A stretch of DNA of 64,000 bases, taken from Macrostomum lignano (taxonomy: Eukaryota). The translations under genes and the position numbers were made by a program. The stretch covers positions 550,219-614,218 of the forward strand of contig NIVC01000422.1 of the NCBI GenBank assembly GCA_002269645.1, written 5' to 3'. Positions 50,591-62,999 of the stretch are shown one piece after another (the stretch's first letter is position 1; every line of letters starts with the position of its first letter). The notes under the pieces were generated by a model that had not been told where the DNA came from, searched no databases, and saw only the letters and a program-made list of their open reading frames with translations.

Positions 50591-51700
50591 AAATCACAGA
50601 CCGATTAAACTCCGCAACTCAACAAAATACCAGAAGCAGTTGGAGTTGCTTCTGGGAAAAATTCGGCGGCTCCAGGTGATGTTTTAATGGTAAGTCAGAA
50701 AGATTATTTTGTGCCAGCAATTGCACTGCGCCTCTTCATGTGACTTATTTGATTATTTGATTTGATTAAGATTCAAAATCTACGCCAAGTCCTGCAAAAA
50801 AGTATTGTACTCGTATCTTTCCGAAACCTAAATCGATATTTAGCTTCGGTAAAATATCGATTCTGACCGAGGAGGGCAGTAGTGATGGCGCTGGTCTATC
50901 GGTATTTCCTTTCCTCACTCTCCATGCACGCGGCGGATGAAGCAAGAATCACACAGTGCGAGGAGGGTGGGTGAGTTTAACAAAAGGAGCAGGAACAAAA
51001 GGCATATTCGGTCAAAAGATTGAATGCTGATTTTATTTTTAAAACTTGCCTGTGGTTTTTTAGCGTATTATCCACCGTGTCTTGCTGGGTTTTCAATGCA
51101 GTGAAGTCAAGAATGCCCAACAGGTGCAGAGTGCAGATCTAGAGCGTATGTAAAAAAAAATCGTCCTGCTACCGGATAACATCGAATTTAAAAAGTGAGA
51201 AAATTGTGTTAGCTCCGGTCTCTTATCTTTTCCTCTCTCCTCATGGGTTCAGGCAAGACCACAGCGCAGGACGGGCTCTGGAAATTTTTTCGGCAGCTTC
51301 CGCAGCTACCAAACGAAACAGTCCTTTGTAAAACTGCGGAGGTCCACAGGTTGGATGAAAAAATCGATATTGTTCGTCTCCGGTGTAGCATCGACTTTTT
51401 TCAGAGCAGGGATCACATGCTTTTTTGTTTTTTTCACTCGTTTTAGCCGGAAGCCAACGCGGAAGGCTACAACTACCCAGCTTATGCAGCTCACGTTTCC
51501 GTAGTGTGCTGAGAGTACGCTCACCACATCACTGACATCTTTACATTCTTGCAACATTGTGCCGTTTACCCAACCTACTCGTACCTGTAGCTACCTATAG
51601 TTTCTCCCCACGATTGCCTTCAACCATCCTGAATGCTGTTATAAGCCCAAACGTCTAGACACTATTTACGCGGTATAACTAGTCTCGGTTCGTTTTAACA

Positions 51701-51768
51701 GTTGCCCGATCATTGTAGATTAAACCTGATGATGTACCTTGGTAGTGCGAAACGGTCGAAAATCGCAA
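51701..51768 (+). ncRNA. Paralogous, more degenerate hammerhead-like motif
   Basis: C-CTGATGA-T-GTAC[CTTGGTA]GTGC-GAAAC-G-GTC|G in a flank homologous to 57540-57660. Confidence 0.4.
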
Positions 51769-53005
51769 GCCAATGTTGGTAGTCAGAGAGAGATCTTTCA
51801 AGTCGTGGGACCCTACAGTAACTGCTTGGCAATTCCAGCAAACTTATAGTAGCTGTGAAACCAATAATTATAACTCATTAATTAATAATCCTTAATTATT
51901 ATTCAATATAGTACCCATGCAACCAGTTGGATTTAAGTGCCTGATAAACATTCGAAACTTTCATTTCTACTTGGTGCCAGAACTACTTGTACATTTGTGA
52001 ATCCTTGGGAAACAACTGGAAACATTTTTTGTAAATAATTTTTAAGAGGGTCCATGCTCTGACGGTTGAAAGCTGATGGAATCTATAGTTTTTGAGTAGC
52101 AAAATAATTGTTTGAAAGAATGCGAATTCAAACCGGATAATTGGAGGAATAAACAAGAAGAGAGTAAAGAAAGTAAAAAGAAATCGTTTTTGGGAGATGC
52201 ACACTCTTCTAGATGTGGTAAATTTCATCTCAAGTCGACAGACACATGTCTTGTACTTTTAGTCGTTACAGTTGAAGCTAATCCCAAAAATTATTGCCAA
52301 CAGCGAGGATGCCTGTTTTCTAATATATTTGTTGCTATCTGAAATGATATCTACTGCAAGTGCAACTGCTAGGATAAAGTATATTCGATTCGAAATTAAC
52401 AAAACGCTGATACGAGCTAACATATGTGTAGATTTTTTCAGCAAGTAGAAAAAAAAGTTTCGAATTGTGAGGCAGCTCTGTCCTTGGTTTAAGAAAGTTC
52501 TAAGCAGAAGCACAGGAGAAAACGCTTCTGGCTCTGGTGCAACGAACCCACCACGAATCCTGATTTGATTCCCGCATTAATTTGGTGTTGGACACGAAAA
52601 TTATCTGGCGATTCTGCGTGTGCCACAGGCGACCTTCTTGAACTTATACGCTCGTAATTCTTATTATTCAGGAAACTCCAATAGAATCATCGATAGATAG
52701 ATCGATAGTTCCTGAGCCATGAGGACAGCTCAAGTCTGGGATTGGCTGCGAACCCGCCTCTGCTCAGACTTTCTTCCATATCTATGTGATTTAGTCTCTA
52801 GCAAGCGTCTTCTCAGAAGCAGCTCCCAGAAAACAAGTAGCAGCAACCGCAACCTGCTTCCCGCCTGCAAGTCTATAAAAAACTGAGAGTAACTATTTTG
52901 GAATTTCAGTAGTCAAAGGCCAAGTTAAATAGCTATTTATCAGCCTCCCTTGTTCACGAAGAATACAAAAAATTGAAGGCCGACAATCAAGCTACTCCTG
53001 GAAGC

Positions 53006-54515
53006 ATGAATGATAAAGTTCTGTCTTTACAATTACTTTGCTTATTCGGTAAGTGACTGCAATCTTGACTTAAAAACCTATGCTCACAGTTATTCAATGC
53101 ATGCTGTTCATTACTGACCGCGCATTGCTCCAATGCAGTTTGCTGCTCACTCGTGCTTCGAGTACAAGGCACCAGTTTGCGGACCTATTCTGTGTGCTCA
53201 GAGCAGCAGCTTCACATGCTGGAAGCCGTTCTGAACGCCTACAACAACGTCACGACAACAACCAAGGCCACTGATGCAACCGACTGTCTAGCAAAGTGCC
53301 AGAGGGTGAGCTGCAGCGCTGCCGTCTCGGTGGAGAGCAATGCCACGTGCGAGATGGTCACCATAACAACCACCAAGCTGTCAATCTCACTAAATCAGGT
53401 GCAGCAAGTCATCAGATCTCAGGTCGGTGCGAAGGTGTGGAAGGCGGACGACAGCGACTGGCCTTCGCCTGCAGTGCAGTTTCGGAGTGAGTCATCAATG
53501 CATAGTCTTAGTCGTGCGTGGCTACCATGATTTCGGCACAGACAGAAATTGCACTCACTCCAGTTTTGTAACTCGCTAACGCCGTTCCATTGCAGACAGC
53601 AGCACAGGTAGAAACGGCTCAATCCAAAGCGTCCTCATCAACACGACCGGCTGCTACCTGATCAAAGCTGCCGGAGCCAGAGGTGGCGACAACTTACTGA
53701 CGAACAAAGCCGGAGGCCAGGGAGCCCAGGTGAGCGCCAGAGTCAACCTGACAGCCGGCACACAGCTGAGCATCGTTGTGGGTCAGATGGGCGGCTCGAC
53801 CTCGTTGGATATCGAAGGAGGCGGCGGAGGGGGCGGCAGCTTTGTGTACCGGACGGTCGACCAGCTGCTGCTGCTGGCTGCCGGCGGAGGCGGCGGAGCA
53901 TCAACCGGTGAAAATGGTGAGCTTAGTAGCTGCAGTAGGTAGATTCTACAATATACGAAACAAAAACCGGCATTAGATTACATAGATTACATCGGCAGTT
54001 TGATTGATTTAAATGTAGGACAGCCGGGAGAGACTTGGATAAACGGTTCTGACAGCATCGGAGCAAACAGCGCATACACGGGATTCGGCGGCAGCAACGG
54101 TCAGCCGGGCTACAACAATCCCGCTGACACCCCAAGCGATAGAACCCATGGAGGCTGCGGCGCCGGCTGGCTCGGCAGGGCCGTCAGCCCTAGGCGGAGC
54201 TCCTTGGACGGAGAGAGAGGCGGCAGTCTGGCCGACGGCTGGGTCGGCGGCAGCGCCGGAGACGGCAGCGTCTGCGACGGAGGCTTCGGCGGAGGCGGTG
54301 GAGGCGGCCACAGGACCGGCTCACTGAAAGGCGCCCCTGGAGCCGGCGGCGGCTTCAGCGGCGGCGGAGCCGGACTGAGCCACGGCCACATCGGCGGCGG
54401 CGGCGGCTCCTTCTGTAGTGGCGGCTGCGTGTTCGGCGGCACCTGGATCGGGGACCAGGGCTTCGTGTCTGTCATACTGGAGTCGGCCTCAGCCGCCTGC
54501 GACTTGGGAGCCTGA
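53006..54515 (+). CDS. Secreted PAN/apple-like + ALK/LTK-type glycine-rich domain protein, copy 5 (intact, 402 aa); exons 53006-53048, 53139-53486, 53596-53916, 54019-54515
   Basis: Same exon lengths (43/348/321/497) and phase-1 introns as copy 2, open frame throughout, starts MNDKVLSLQLLCLF. Confidence 0.85.
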
Positions 54516-55311
54516 TGGCACTGCAACCGCTTGTTGAGGTGGGGTTTAACTAGTCGAGTTTTGGCTTGGATGGTCACCGATTAACACCGCTTAGTCTTCT
54601 GAACCTTGACGCCTGCCTTCTGGGACAAGAAGTCGTGATAGTGATTAGGGGAGCATAACACGTAAATGGATTAAAGTTGCTAACAATATAAAAGGGTAGG
54701 ATAATAGAGTAAGCTTAAAGATTGATCAGTTCGCAGTTTCATATTCATCATTTTCGCAGTTCTTTCTGTTAAACCGATGAATTCTATCCATTTCTCAATT
54801 CCAACACCTGAAATCGACGAATCGTTTCGAGCTCTGTTTCGAGACTTGTTTGCACTATACTACTGGCGATAAGAACATTGTAAGTAGTGTAGCACTTTTT
54901 CCTGTTTCCCTCCTAAACTTTTCGAACTAAACTGCCTTGAAATTTTTTTTTAATTTTTCACTGCTACTGAATTTGCACTCAGACAACTCAAACAGTTCTC
55001 AATTCCCAATTATTAATAAATACTGAATGCACTAGTCTCTCCGTAGCCGCTCGTCTTTTTTCCTGCCAGAGAATTTCTGGAGGTTTTTTTAGACGGGCGA
55101 AAAATGTTTGTGAGTTCAGCTGTCTTTCAGTGTCTGTTTTCGGCTCATGCCAAGGCCGCTCGGCTGCAACTCCAGGGCTCATTGGAATTGCATGCTTGAA
55201 ACTTGTTAAGTAGAACGCAAAACTTGTAAACGATAGCTTTCCTTACAAGTTAAACGTTTTGCCTTGAAGGCGAATCCTTGGGTTTCCATGTGCTGTGTCT
55301 GAGACATCTAC

Positions 55312-55440
55312 CTAGAGCGATTTCCCCGTTCACTACCCTAATCTGGGCGGCGAACGATGGAAGGCTTCTACTGACCCGGCTGAAACGAATCACCAGTGTC
55401 ATCTATACTGATGGAGCGCCTGGACGATAAGGGCCATACC
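55312..55440 (+). mobile_element. Internally deleted family B copy
   Basis: CCCGTTCACTACCCT...GGC.GAAACGA...GCCTGGACGATAAGGG, in the same flank position as 42431. Confidence 0.5.
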
Positions 55441-56048
55441 TTGTCATTTTTTCGGGTGCTCAAGTATATCTTCCAGTCCGTTTTGCATCATCGTCACGTG
55501 CTTTTCGCAGCAAGCGAAATCTGCTGCCTTCTGCTCGCTATACACATTTGAGATTGATGTGTGGCTTAAGCGTGCCTACACGCAGGTGTCTACACGCAGA
55601 AGATCGTCGTGCTCTGCGTGCGGGACGACATCGAGGCTGCCATTTTGTGCCAAGGCGCAGATGGACAGGCAACGGAGCTTCCAGTTTGCAGTTGTTTTAA
55701 CAAGTTTCCATTATCGACAGCGCGAGCCTGAGAACAAATCCTGAGAATCAAGTAGAAGTCAACGCTTAGAATGTTAATCAGGCACTTTAAACCCAATGGT
55801 GTCAAAGGTGTAATGGAGTAATAATTGAGGATTATGACAGCTACTATTATAACTTTGTTGCAATCAGAGAAAATCTGTACTCTATACATAAAAAGTCTTT
55901 TTACCGGTGTACAAATTTGATCGCTATGGACTCCTAAACCTGTCAACCAAAAAGCAAAAATATATTTGCACCCATCCTAAACTTACTACGGAAAAGTCTT
56001 TGGCTATTTTTTTAATTTCCTAAAGGCAAGTAATTCAAGTCAGTGTTA

Positions 56049-56258
56049 CTACAGTGCCCATCTACTAATTCTCGCCGAGGTGCCAGCGAGAGTGCTGCAA
56101 CCATACAGCCGGAGCAGCGGCTGATGTTCAGTGTGGAACTCGAACGTCCGATTCTGAAGGTAGTGCTTTAGGCGAGACACAGCGCAAACAATGGCTATGG
56201 CTTCTCTTTCAATATTGGAATGATTTTCCTCTGCCTCTGCCCTGCTTTGTCCTGGCAC
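56049..56258 (-). mobile_element. Ty3/Gypsy RNase H remnant
   Basis: NHSNIEREAIAIVCAVSRLKHYLQNRTFEFHTEHQPLL...SARISRWAL matches the Gypsy pol RNase H pattern NYS.IE.E.LAI..A...F..YL.G..F...TDH.PL...RI.RW.L. Confidence 0.8.
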
Positions 56259-57586
56259 CGAAGTCTTGCAACGAGAACTGATTCTGTACCTGAACGCCTT
56301 CGCAGTTCATATTATTATGATCATCAACATTTAAAATAATGAGAATGAGCAAATGAGAAACTTTCTGACCGAATTATAAATGGGGTAGATCGATTTTTAA
56401 ATGAATCATACGAGCATAGAGATCTGAGGCAGGTTGAACTGCTTGTAATCTATCAGCGTCTGACGCAACTGACTCGGCTGTAGTACTGCAAGTTTCCAGT
56501 TACTGTTGGAGTACGCTACTCTCATTCTGAATGAGTATCGCTGCAAACCGGATGCAAACTCACAGACCGGTTAAATACCTTCTCAAACCAAGCAAACAAC
56601 CAGAAATAATTGGAGTTGGAGTCGCTTCTGCAGAAAATGCTGCGGCTCTGGGTGATGTGTCAATGGTATTTCTTTTGTGCCAGCAATTACCACAACGCAT
56701 CTTTATGCGACTCGGGGGATTAAGCTTCAAATTCTGCGCCAAATCCTGAAAATATAGTTTCGTAGCTTTCGGAAACTCAAGTCGGTATTATTTTGCTATT
56801 ATTGACTGGAATTTTAGGGCTGGTCTACCGATATTTCATTGCCCCTCTTCTCATTGACGCAAGAATCACATCGCGAGGGGGACGGGTGAGTTTAACAGAA
56901 GGAGCAGGAACAAAGGAATATGTGCACAAAAAATAAATGCTGATTCTATTATTAAAACTGGCGTATGGTTTTTGCGTCCTATCCACCGTGTCCGGGCGTC
57001 AATGGAGTAAGACAAGTAAGCCCAAAAGCCCAAAAACCTAAATCTCGGAGCTTATATGAAAAAAATCAATATCATACTGCTGCGGTACACCATCGAATTA
57101 AAAAAAGCAAGACACTTGTGTTACGCCGGTCCCTTTACTTCCGTCTCCACAGAAAGACAGCGCGAGACGGGCTCTAGCAATTTTTTCGGCAGCTTCCGCA
57201 ACTACCAAACCCCTTATGCTGCCGTTTGTGAAACAATGCGGAGGTCCAAAGCTTGGATGCAAAAAATGATATCAATTTTCTCAGAGCAGGAGCCCATTTT
57301 ATTTGTTTTTTCTTCAGTTTTTTTTCACAACAGCCAGGCCGGAAGCCAACGTGGAAGCCCTCAGCACCAAGATTATGGATAGTGGCGTAGCTCACGCTGT
57401 CCGCGTGTGCTGATGATGCGCTCACCGCACCACTGACATTTTAAAATTTGATCAGCATTGTTCTGTTTGACGTTTCCTACCCCTGGCTATTCATTCAACC
57501 TCACAGTTTTATTCAACCATGCTGAATGCCGTTTCCACATCAATATACTGACACTATTTAATACGAATTGTCTCAGTTCGTTTCAA

Positions 57587-57661
57587 TTGTTTAATCAATC
57601 ATTGCAGAATAAACCTGATGATGCACCTTAGTGTGCGAAACGCGTCGAAAATTGTAAACAA
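57587..57661 (+). ncRNA. Minimal type I hammerhead ribozyme-like motif
   Basis: C-CTGATGA-T-GCAC[CTTAGT]GTGC-GAAAC-GC-GTC|G: conserved core, 4-bp helix II, palindromic mini helix III and a GUC triplet. Helix I proximal to the core is poor. Confidence 0.55.
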
Positions 57662-57677
57662 ATTTGATACTTTGAGG

Positions 57678-57685
57678 AGAGAGAA

Positions 57686-57770
<85 letters not shown>

Positions 57771-57772
57771 GA
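57678..57772 (+). repeat. (GA)n microsatellite
   Basis: Direct reading. Confidence 0.98.
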
Positions 57773-58164
57773 GTAATTGCCACACCGCTTTCTGTGTAAT
57801 GCAACGACAACTCTCCTGCAATTATGATTATTATTTAAGAAGCTCCTGCAGAGCAGCACCCAAAAGCCATCGATAGACAAAGCTCCTGAGCCATGAGGAC
57901 AGCTCAAGTCTGGGATTGGCTGCGAACACGCCTCTGCTCAGACTTACTTCCACATCTACTTGATTTAGTCTCTAGCAAGCGTCTTCTCACAAGCAGCTCT
58001 CAAAAACAAATAGCACCAACCCCACTCTGCTTCCCGCCTGCGAGTATATAAGCAACGGATATATGAGTAATTGATTCGCGACTTTAGTAGTCAAAATTAG
58101 CTACCTCTCAAGCCTTCTGCTCAAGAAGAATCGCAAGAAATCGAATGCCGACAATCAAGAGAGC

Positions 58165-61100
58165 ATGACTGATAAAATTTTGTCTTTACAATTACTTTTC
58201 TTATTCGGTAAGTGACTCCCTTCCTGACTCAAAACCGCTGCTCACAGTTTTCAATGCATGCTGTTCATTACTGACCGCTCATTGCCCCAACGCAGTTTGC
58301 TGCTCTCTCGTGCTTCGAGTACAAGGCACCACCAGTTTGCGGACCTATTCTGTGTGCTCAGAGCAGCAGCTTCACATGCTGGAAGCCGTTCTGAAGGCCT
58401 ACAACAACGTCACGACAACAACCAAGGCCACTGATGCAACCGACTGTCTGGCAAAGTGCCAGAGGGTAAGCTGCAGCGCTGCCGTCTCGGTGGAGAGCAA
58501 TGCCACGTGCGAGATGGTCACCATAACAACCGCCAAGCTGTCAATCTCACAAATCAGGTGCAGCAAGTCATCGGATCTCAGGTCGGTGCGAAGGTGTGGA
58601 AGGCGGACGACAGCGACTGGCCTTCGCCTGCAGTGCATCTTCGGAGTGAGTCAGCAATTCATAGTCGTGGGTGGTTTTAAATCTAGAGAAGATACAAGAG
58701 CAGCAATGGCACGTAAAAGCAAAAGTTCGAAATCAAAGTGTAGTTGGCAAAACCAATTAAATTGGTGATGCAAAAAAGAACTTTAGAGAAAAAACATTGA
58801 GCTGTCGCAGGCAGCCAAAACCGCTGAGTAGACGGAGCAAGACGCAAATATAAGGGCGACGGCGCCCAACCCCACCGGGTCACCACCCCATGCACGCAGA
58901 GCCGAGTAACGCCCTCCCCCCCTCTACAGCGCGGGCAGAGAGAGAAAGGACGCACGCAAGGCGACATAGGCAGGGCAGAGTAGTGTTGCCTAAAACTGGT
59001 TAGTAACAAGTCAGAAGCAGTCACAGACCAACGCATTAAACCTAAAGAAGATCAACAGCAGCATTGCCACGAACGGAGATGCGCGGTAGCAACCTGATTC
59101 TAATCAGGTGCTGCCAGTCTCATCTTCCTCTTTGATCTGGAACTCAACCAGCTGTCTTTCTGTCCTCACAAAGAGCGGATTCGTAGTTGCTGACTTCGGC
59201 GACTGATTGAGCTGGCTTTTTGACGATGAAGAATTCATGACGCAGGCTAGTATATTGAAACTATGGTGAGACACCGGGTGAAAAATCGACCCAGTGTCTG
59301 AATTGGTGGCTTTGCCTGGCGGCTTGGCGGGCGGGTTAGATTTTGTGAGTAGTTTAAGAGTGGTGATTAGTTAATCAAAAACTCCCACTTCCAGACCGCA
59401 AGTCTGGGAACAGAATTTAGTGATCACTCACTATTGCGGGCTCTTCAGTTGTCAGACAGATCCATAGAGCTTGTCTTCTCAATGTAGTCTTCCTACGGAG
59501 TTTCTTGGATTCTGAAGTCGGCCGAGTATGAGAGCACTTTAGTGAACGTAACACTTCAATCTGTCGACGTCAATGTATTCTTCGAAATTAGTAATCAAAA
59601 TCAGAGATGAGCCCTATTAGCAAAGTAAACCAGTAACAATAACGAGGTCCTCTGAGAGGGCGTCTTCTGAGGGAGAATCAGAGTCTTGTGCCCCTATCTG
59701 TTACTCTAGGGTACCAAAATCAATCAATCGATAATTGTCTAAGAGTATCGGAATCGGTCCGCAGATCTTATCCAATCCCTTAGAAATAGGGAGGCCTCAA
59801 AGTCAACAACTCTATAGAAATCAACTGATCAGTACGGCCGGCGGTAACAAAGCTCTCAGTAATCAAATAACAAAGACTCCAACAAAGACTTACCGAACGA
59901 TATCTACTTCTCTCAGAGATGTAGCCTCGTAGTTCTTGGTTGTTCTCAAGTCCTCTTGAGGCTGCTCCGAGTCTAAGATTCCATCTCGGATTTTTTGCTT
60001 GTATTTATAAGCAATTTTTGCGAGATATGAATAATACGAGTAGCATGATTCATCTTTTTCATTATAAATGATAACATTATCCATTTCTCCATTTAATTAG
60101 TAACATGATTAACAGTTTAAGTTTTGCTGTGCGTGTTTGCATTAGTCTACTTACAGTAACATTCTATGAATGGATAAACCTCTACATTTGTCAGTAGTTA
60201 GGGCGCCATCAGACGTGACTGTATAGAGTATGAGGAAGGAGGCGAGACGGGATAGAATGAAGCAGTATGCGAGACAGCAGGCAAAGCTGAAGGCGAGGCA
60301 GAGGGTGAGGCAACGTCGATCAGCTTTTTGGGCCCGCGCCTTTGGTGTGCTGATGGACAAAACTCACAAATCCGGCAGGCGTAAGAAAAATTGCAAGGCT
60401 GCCCCGGACCTCCCTGGTTGCGGTTGAAAAAGGCGCAAATCGTCTGGCCCCATTATATTGTTATTAGACGTTGCTACTGGAAGACTTCTTGCTGCTTCTT
60501 CTTTGAAGGTTCGGCGCTGCCGTCATGTGCTTGATACATGGATTATACGAGTAAGATTGAGGTCTGGGCTGTCTGAGTCTCTTTGTAGCTCGTACAGTAA
60601 CAGACATATGTCCTCATCAGATCAAAGGACGATATTCTAATGGTTGTTTGCTGCTATGAGCTGGCGGATATTTATGTTGAAATTGGGGTAAGCCTTCAAG
60701 CGACACACGTCAATACTTCAATCGCTTTCTTTAGAGACGAGCTGGTTGGGGCCTATCAGCTGCAGCATTATTCTGGAGTTTGCAGCGATCCAATGCGAGA
60801 TGAGCCGGCCGCATCTTCGCTGAAAGCAGACCAAAAAGTGTTAAAATCGGGTTAAACTCTACAGCTGTGGCACTTGCAGCTCGATCCACCATCCAGTTTT
60901 CTGAATCTCGCTAATAAGTCTGGGCGATGTTGTCGGGTTGAATATCTCGGATTCTTCCTCGTTCAGCAGCTGATTTATCGCTGCTCTTCTGTTGTGTCTC
61001 CTTCTGCAGCATTTCAAGCCGTTCAATAAGCTCTTGTATACTCGTATTTACCGAAGCCGGCAGGCCATTGTCTCTCAGAGCCGTGAGAACTTGGGCCATT

Positions 61101-62361
61101 TTTAACCGGTCGATATCAGATATGACGGCAAATCGAAAATTTACAGCTAAAGTTTTGAGCTCATACAGACATCCCAAAGCACTGAGTAAACATAGCGAGA
61201 TGCAAATACAAGACGCCGAGGCTAAAGCCCGCCCCCACCAGGCCACCACTCAAGGCACACAGAGCCAAGCAGTCCATACAGCGTGGACAAGTGGAAGAGA
61301 GAACGCATGCAGGGCGACACTGGCAGGCCGAAGATTGGATTCAAAACTGGATAGTCACAGGTTAGAACCAGTCACAAACCAACGCAACTACGATTCTGGC
61401 ACAGACAAAAATTGCACTCACTCCAGTTCTGTAACTCGCTGACGCTGCTCCGTTGCAGACAGCAGCACAGGTAGAAACGGCTCAATCCAAAGCGTCCTCA
61501 TCAACACGACCGGCTGCTACCTGATCAAAGCTGCCGGCGCCAGAGGTGGCCACAACTTACTGAGGAGCACATCTGGAGGCCAGGGAGCCCAGGTGAGCGC
61601 CAGAGTCAACCTGACAGCCGCACACAGCTGAGCATCGTTGTGGGTCAGATGGGCGGCTCGACCTCCTTGGATTTAGAAGGAGGCGGTGGAGGGGGCGGCA
61701 GCTTTGTGTACCGGACGGTCGACCAGCTGCTGCTGCTTGCTGCCGGCGGAGGCGGCGGAGCTTCCTTTAGTAGAAACGGTGAGCTCAGTGGCTGCATTTT
61801 GCTAAAAATATGTAAATTATGAACCGAAAAGCCACTGATAAGCAGCTTGCTTGATTATACCGTAGGACAACAGGGAGAGACTGGGATAAACGGTTCTGAC
61901 AGTCTTGGTGCCGGCACTACCCTGGCTGGATTCGGCGGCACCAACGGTAATCGGGCTCCAACAGCCCCTCTGGAACCCCAAGCCATAGCAACCACGGTGG
62001 CTGCGGCGCCGGCTGGCTCGGCAGGGCCGTCAGCCCCAGGAGGAGCTCCTCGGACGGAGAGAGAGGCGGCAGTCTGGCTGACGGCTGGGTCGGCGGCAGC
62101 GCCGGAGATGGCAGCGTCTGCGACGGAGGCTTCGGCGGAGGCGGCGGATGCGGCAGCAGGACCAGCCCACTTAATGGAACGGCTGGAGGTGGTGGCGGCT
62201 TCAGCGGTGGCGGAGCCGGACTGGGCTTCGGCCACAGCGGCGGCGGCGGCGGCTCCTTCTGTAGTGGCGGCTGCGTGTTCGGCGGCACCTGGACCGGCGA
62301 CCAGGGCTTCGTGTCCGTCCTGCTGGAGTCGGACTCAGCCACCTGCAACTTGGACACCTGA
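58165..62361 (+). pseudogene. Glycine-rich gene copy 6: exons 58165-58207, 58296-58645, 61459-61778, 61866-62361; three 1-bp deletions; 2.7-kb insertion in intron 2
   Basis: All four exons and splice sites are recognisable. There are -1 frameshifts near 58550, 61620 and 61947, and intron 2 homology is split at ~58677/61390. It may be an intact gene with assembly errors. Confidence 0.7.
58677..61390 (-). mobile_element. ~2.7-kb degenerate insertion with partial direct terminal repeats
   Basis: Splits intron 2 of copy 6. Segments ~58810-59035 and ~61145-61390 are diverged direct repeats, both ending AGTCACA.ACCAACGCA. A decayed minus-strand ORF begins near 61100. Family not established. Confidence 0.55.
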
Positions 62362-62999
62362 TGCCGCAGAAACCGCTTGTTGAAATGGGATTTGGCCAGT
62401 CGTGGTTTAACTTGGATGGTCACTGATTAATGCTGCTTATTCTTTTGAACCTTAAGGCTTTTCTTCTGAGACAAAGAGCTTACGCTTGTAGTGCTAGGGA
62501 GGCTGTGATAGCGACCAGTAGACCATTAAAGATAAATAGAATACGCTTCGTATTTGTGCCTAGAGACAATATAGTCTGGTAGGGTTATAAAGTAGCATGA
62601 TGAATCTGATTCGTTCGTGGTTTTACATTAATATTTCTGAAGTTTTCTCGTTAATTCAATTTTTATCCATCATTTATCAACGTCAAAGATGTTAATTTTA
62701 AGATATTTGCGCTATACTGCTGGTGACGGGAACATTGTAGTGTAGCATTTTAGAGTTAAGTGACTCGAAATCTGACTACTCACTAAGTTCTTATCACTAA
62801 ATACACTAAATACACTTCTTTGTCCGTAGCCGCTCGTCCTTTTTTCCTACCGGAGAATTGTCGGAGGTTTTTTTAGACGAGCGGAAAAATGTGTGTTCAT
62901 CTGTCCTTCAATGTCTGCTTTCGGTGCATGCCAAGGCGCTCGACTGCAGCTGCCTTCCTGCTCGCATCTGCGCCCTTCCATACTGCTTGATAAAGCGGG

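Noticed and set aside
39916-54515. True ALK/LTK receptor gene
   Set aside because: No MAM/LDLa, EGF-like, transmembrane or kinase exons; each copy stops right after the glycine-rich domain. No gene symbol assigned.
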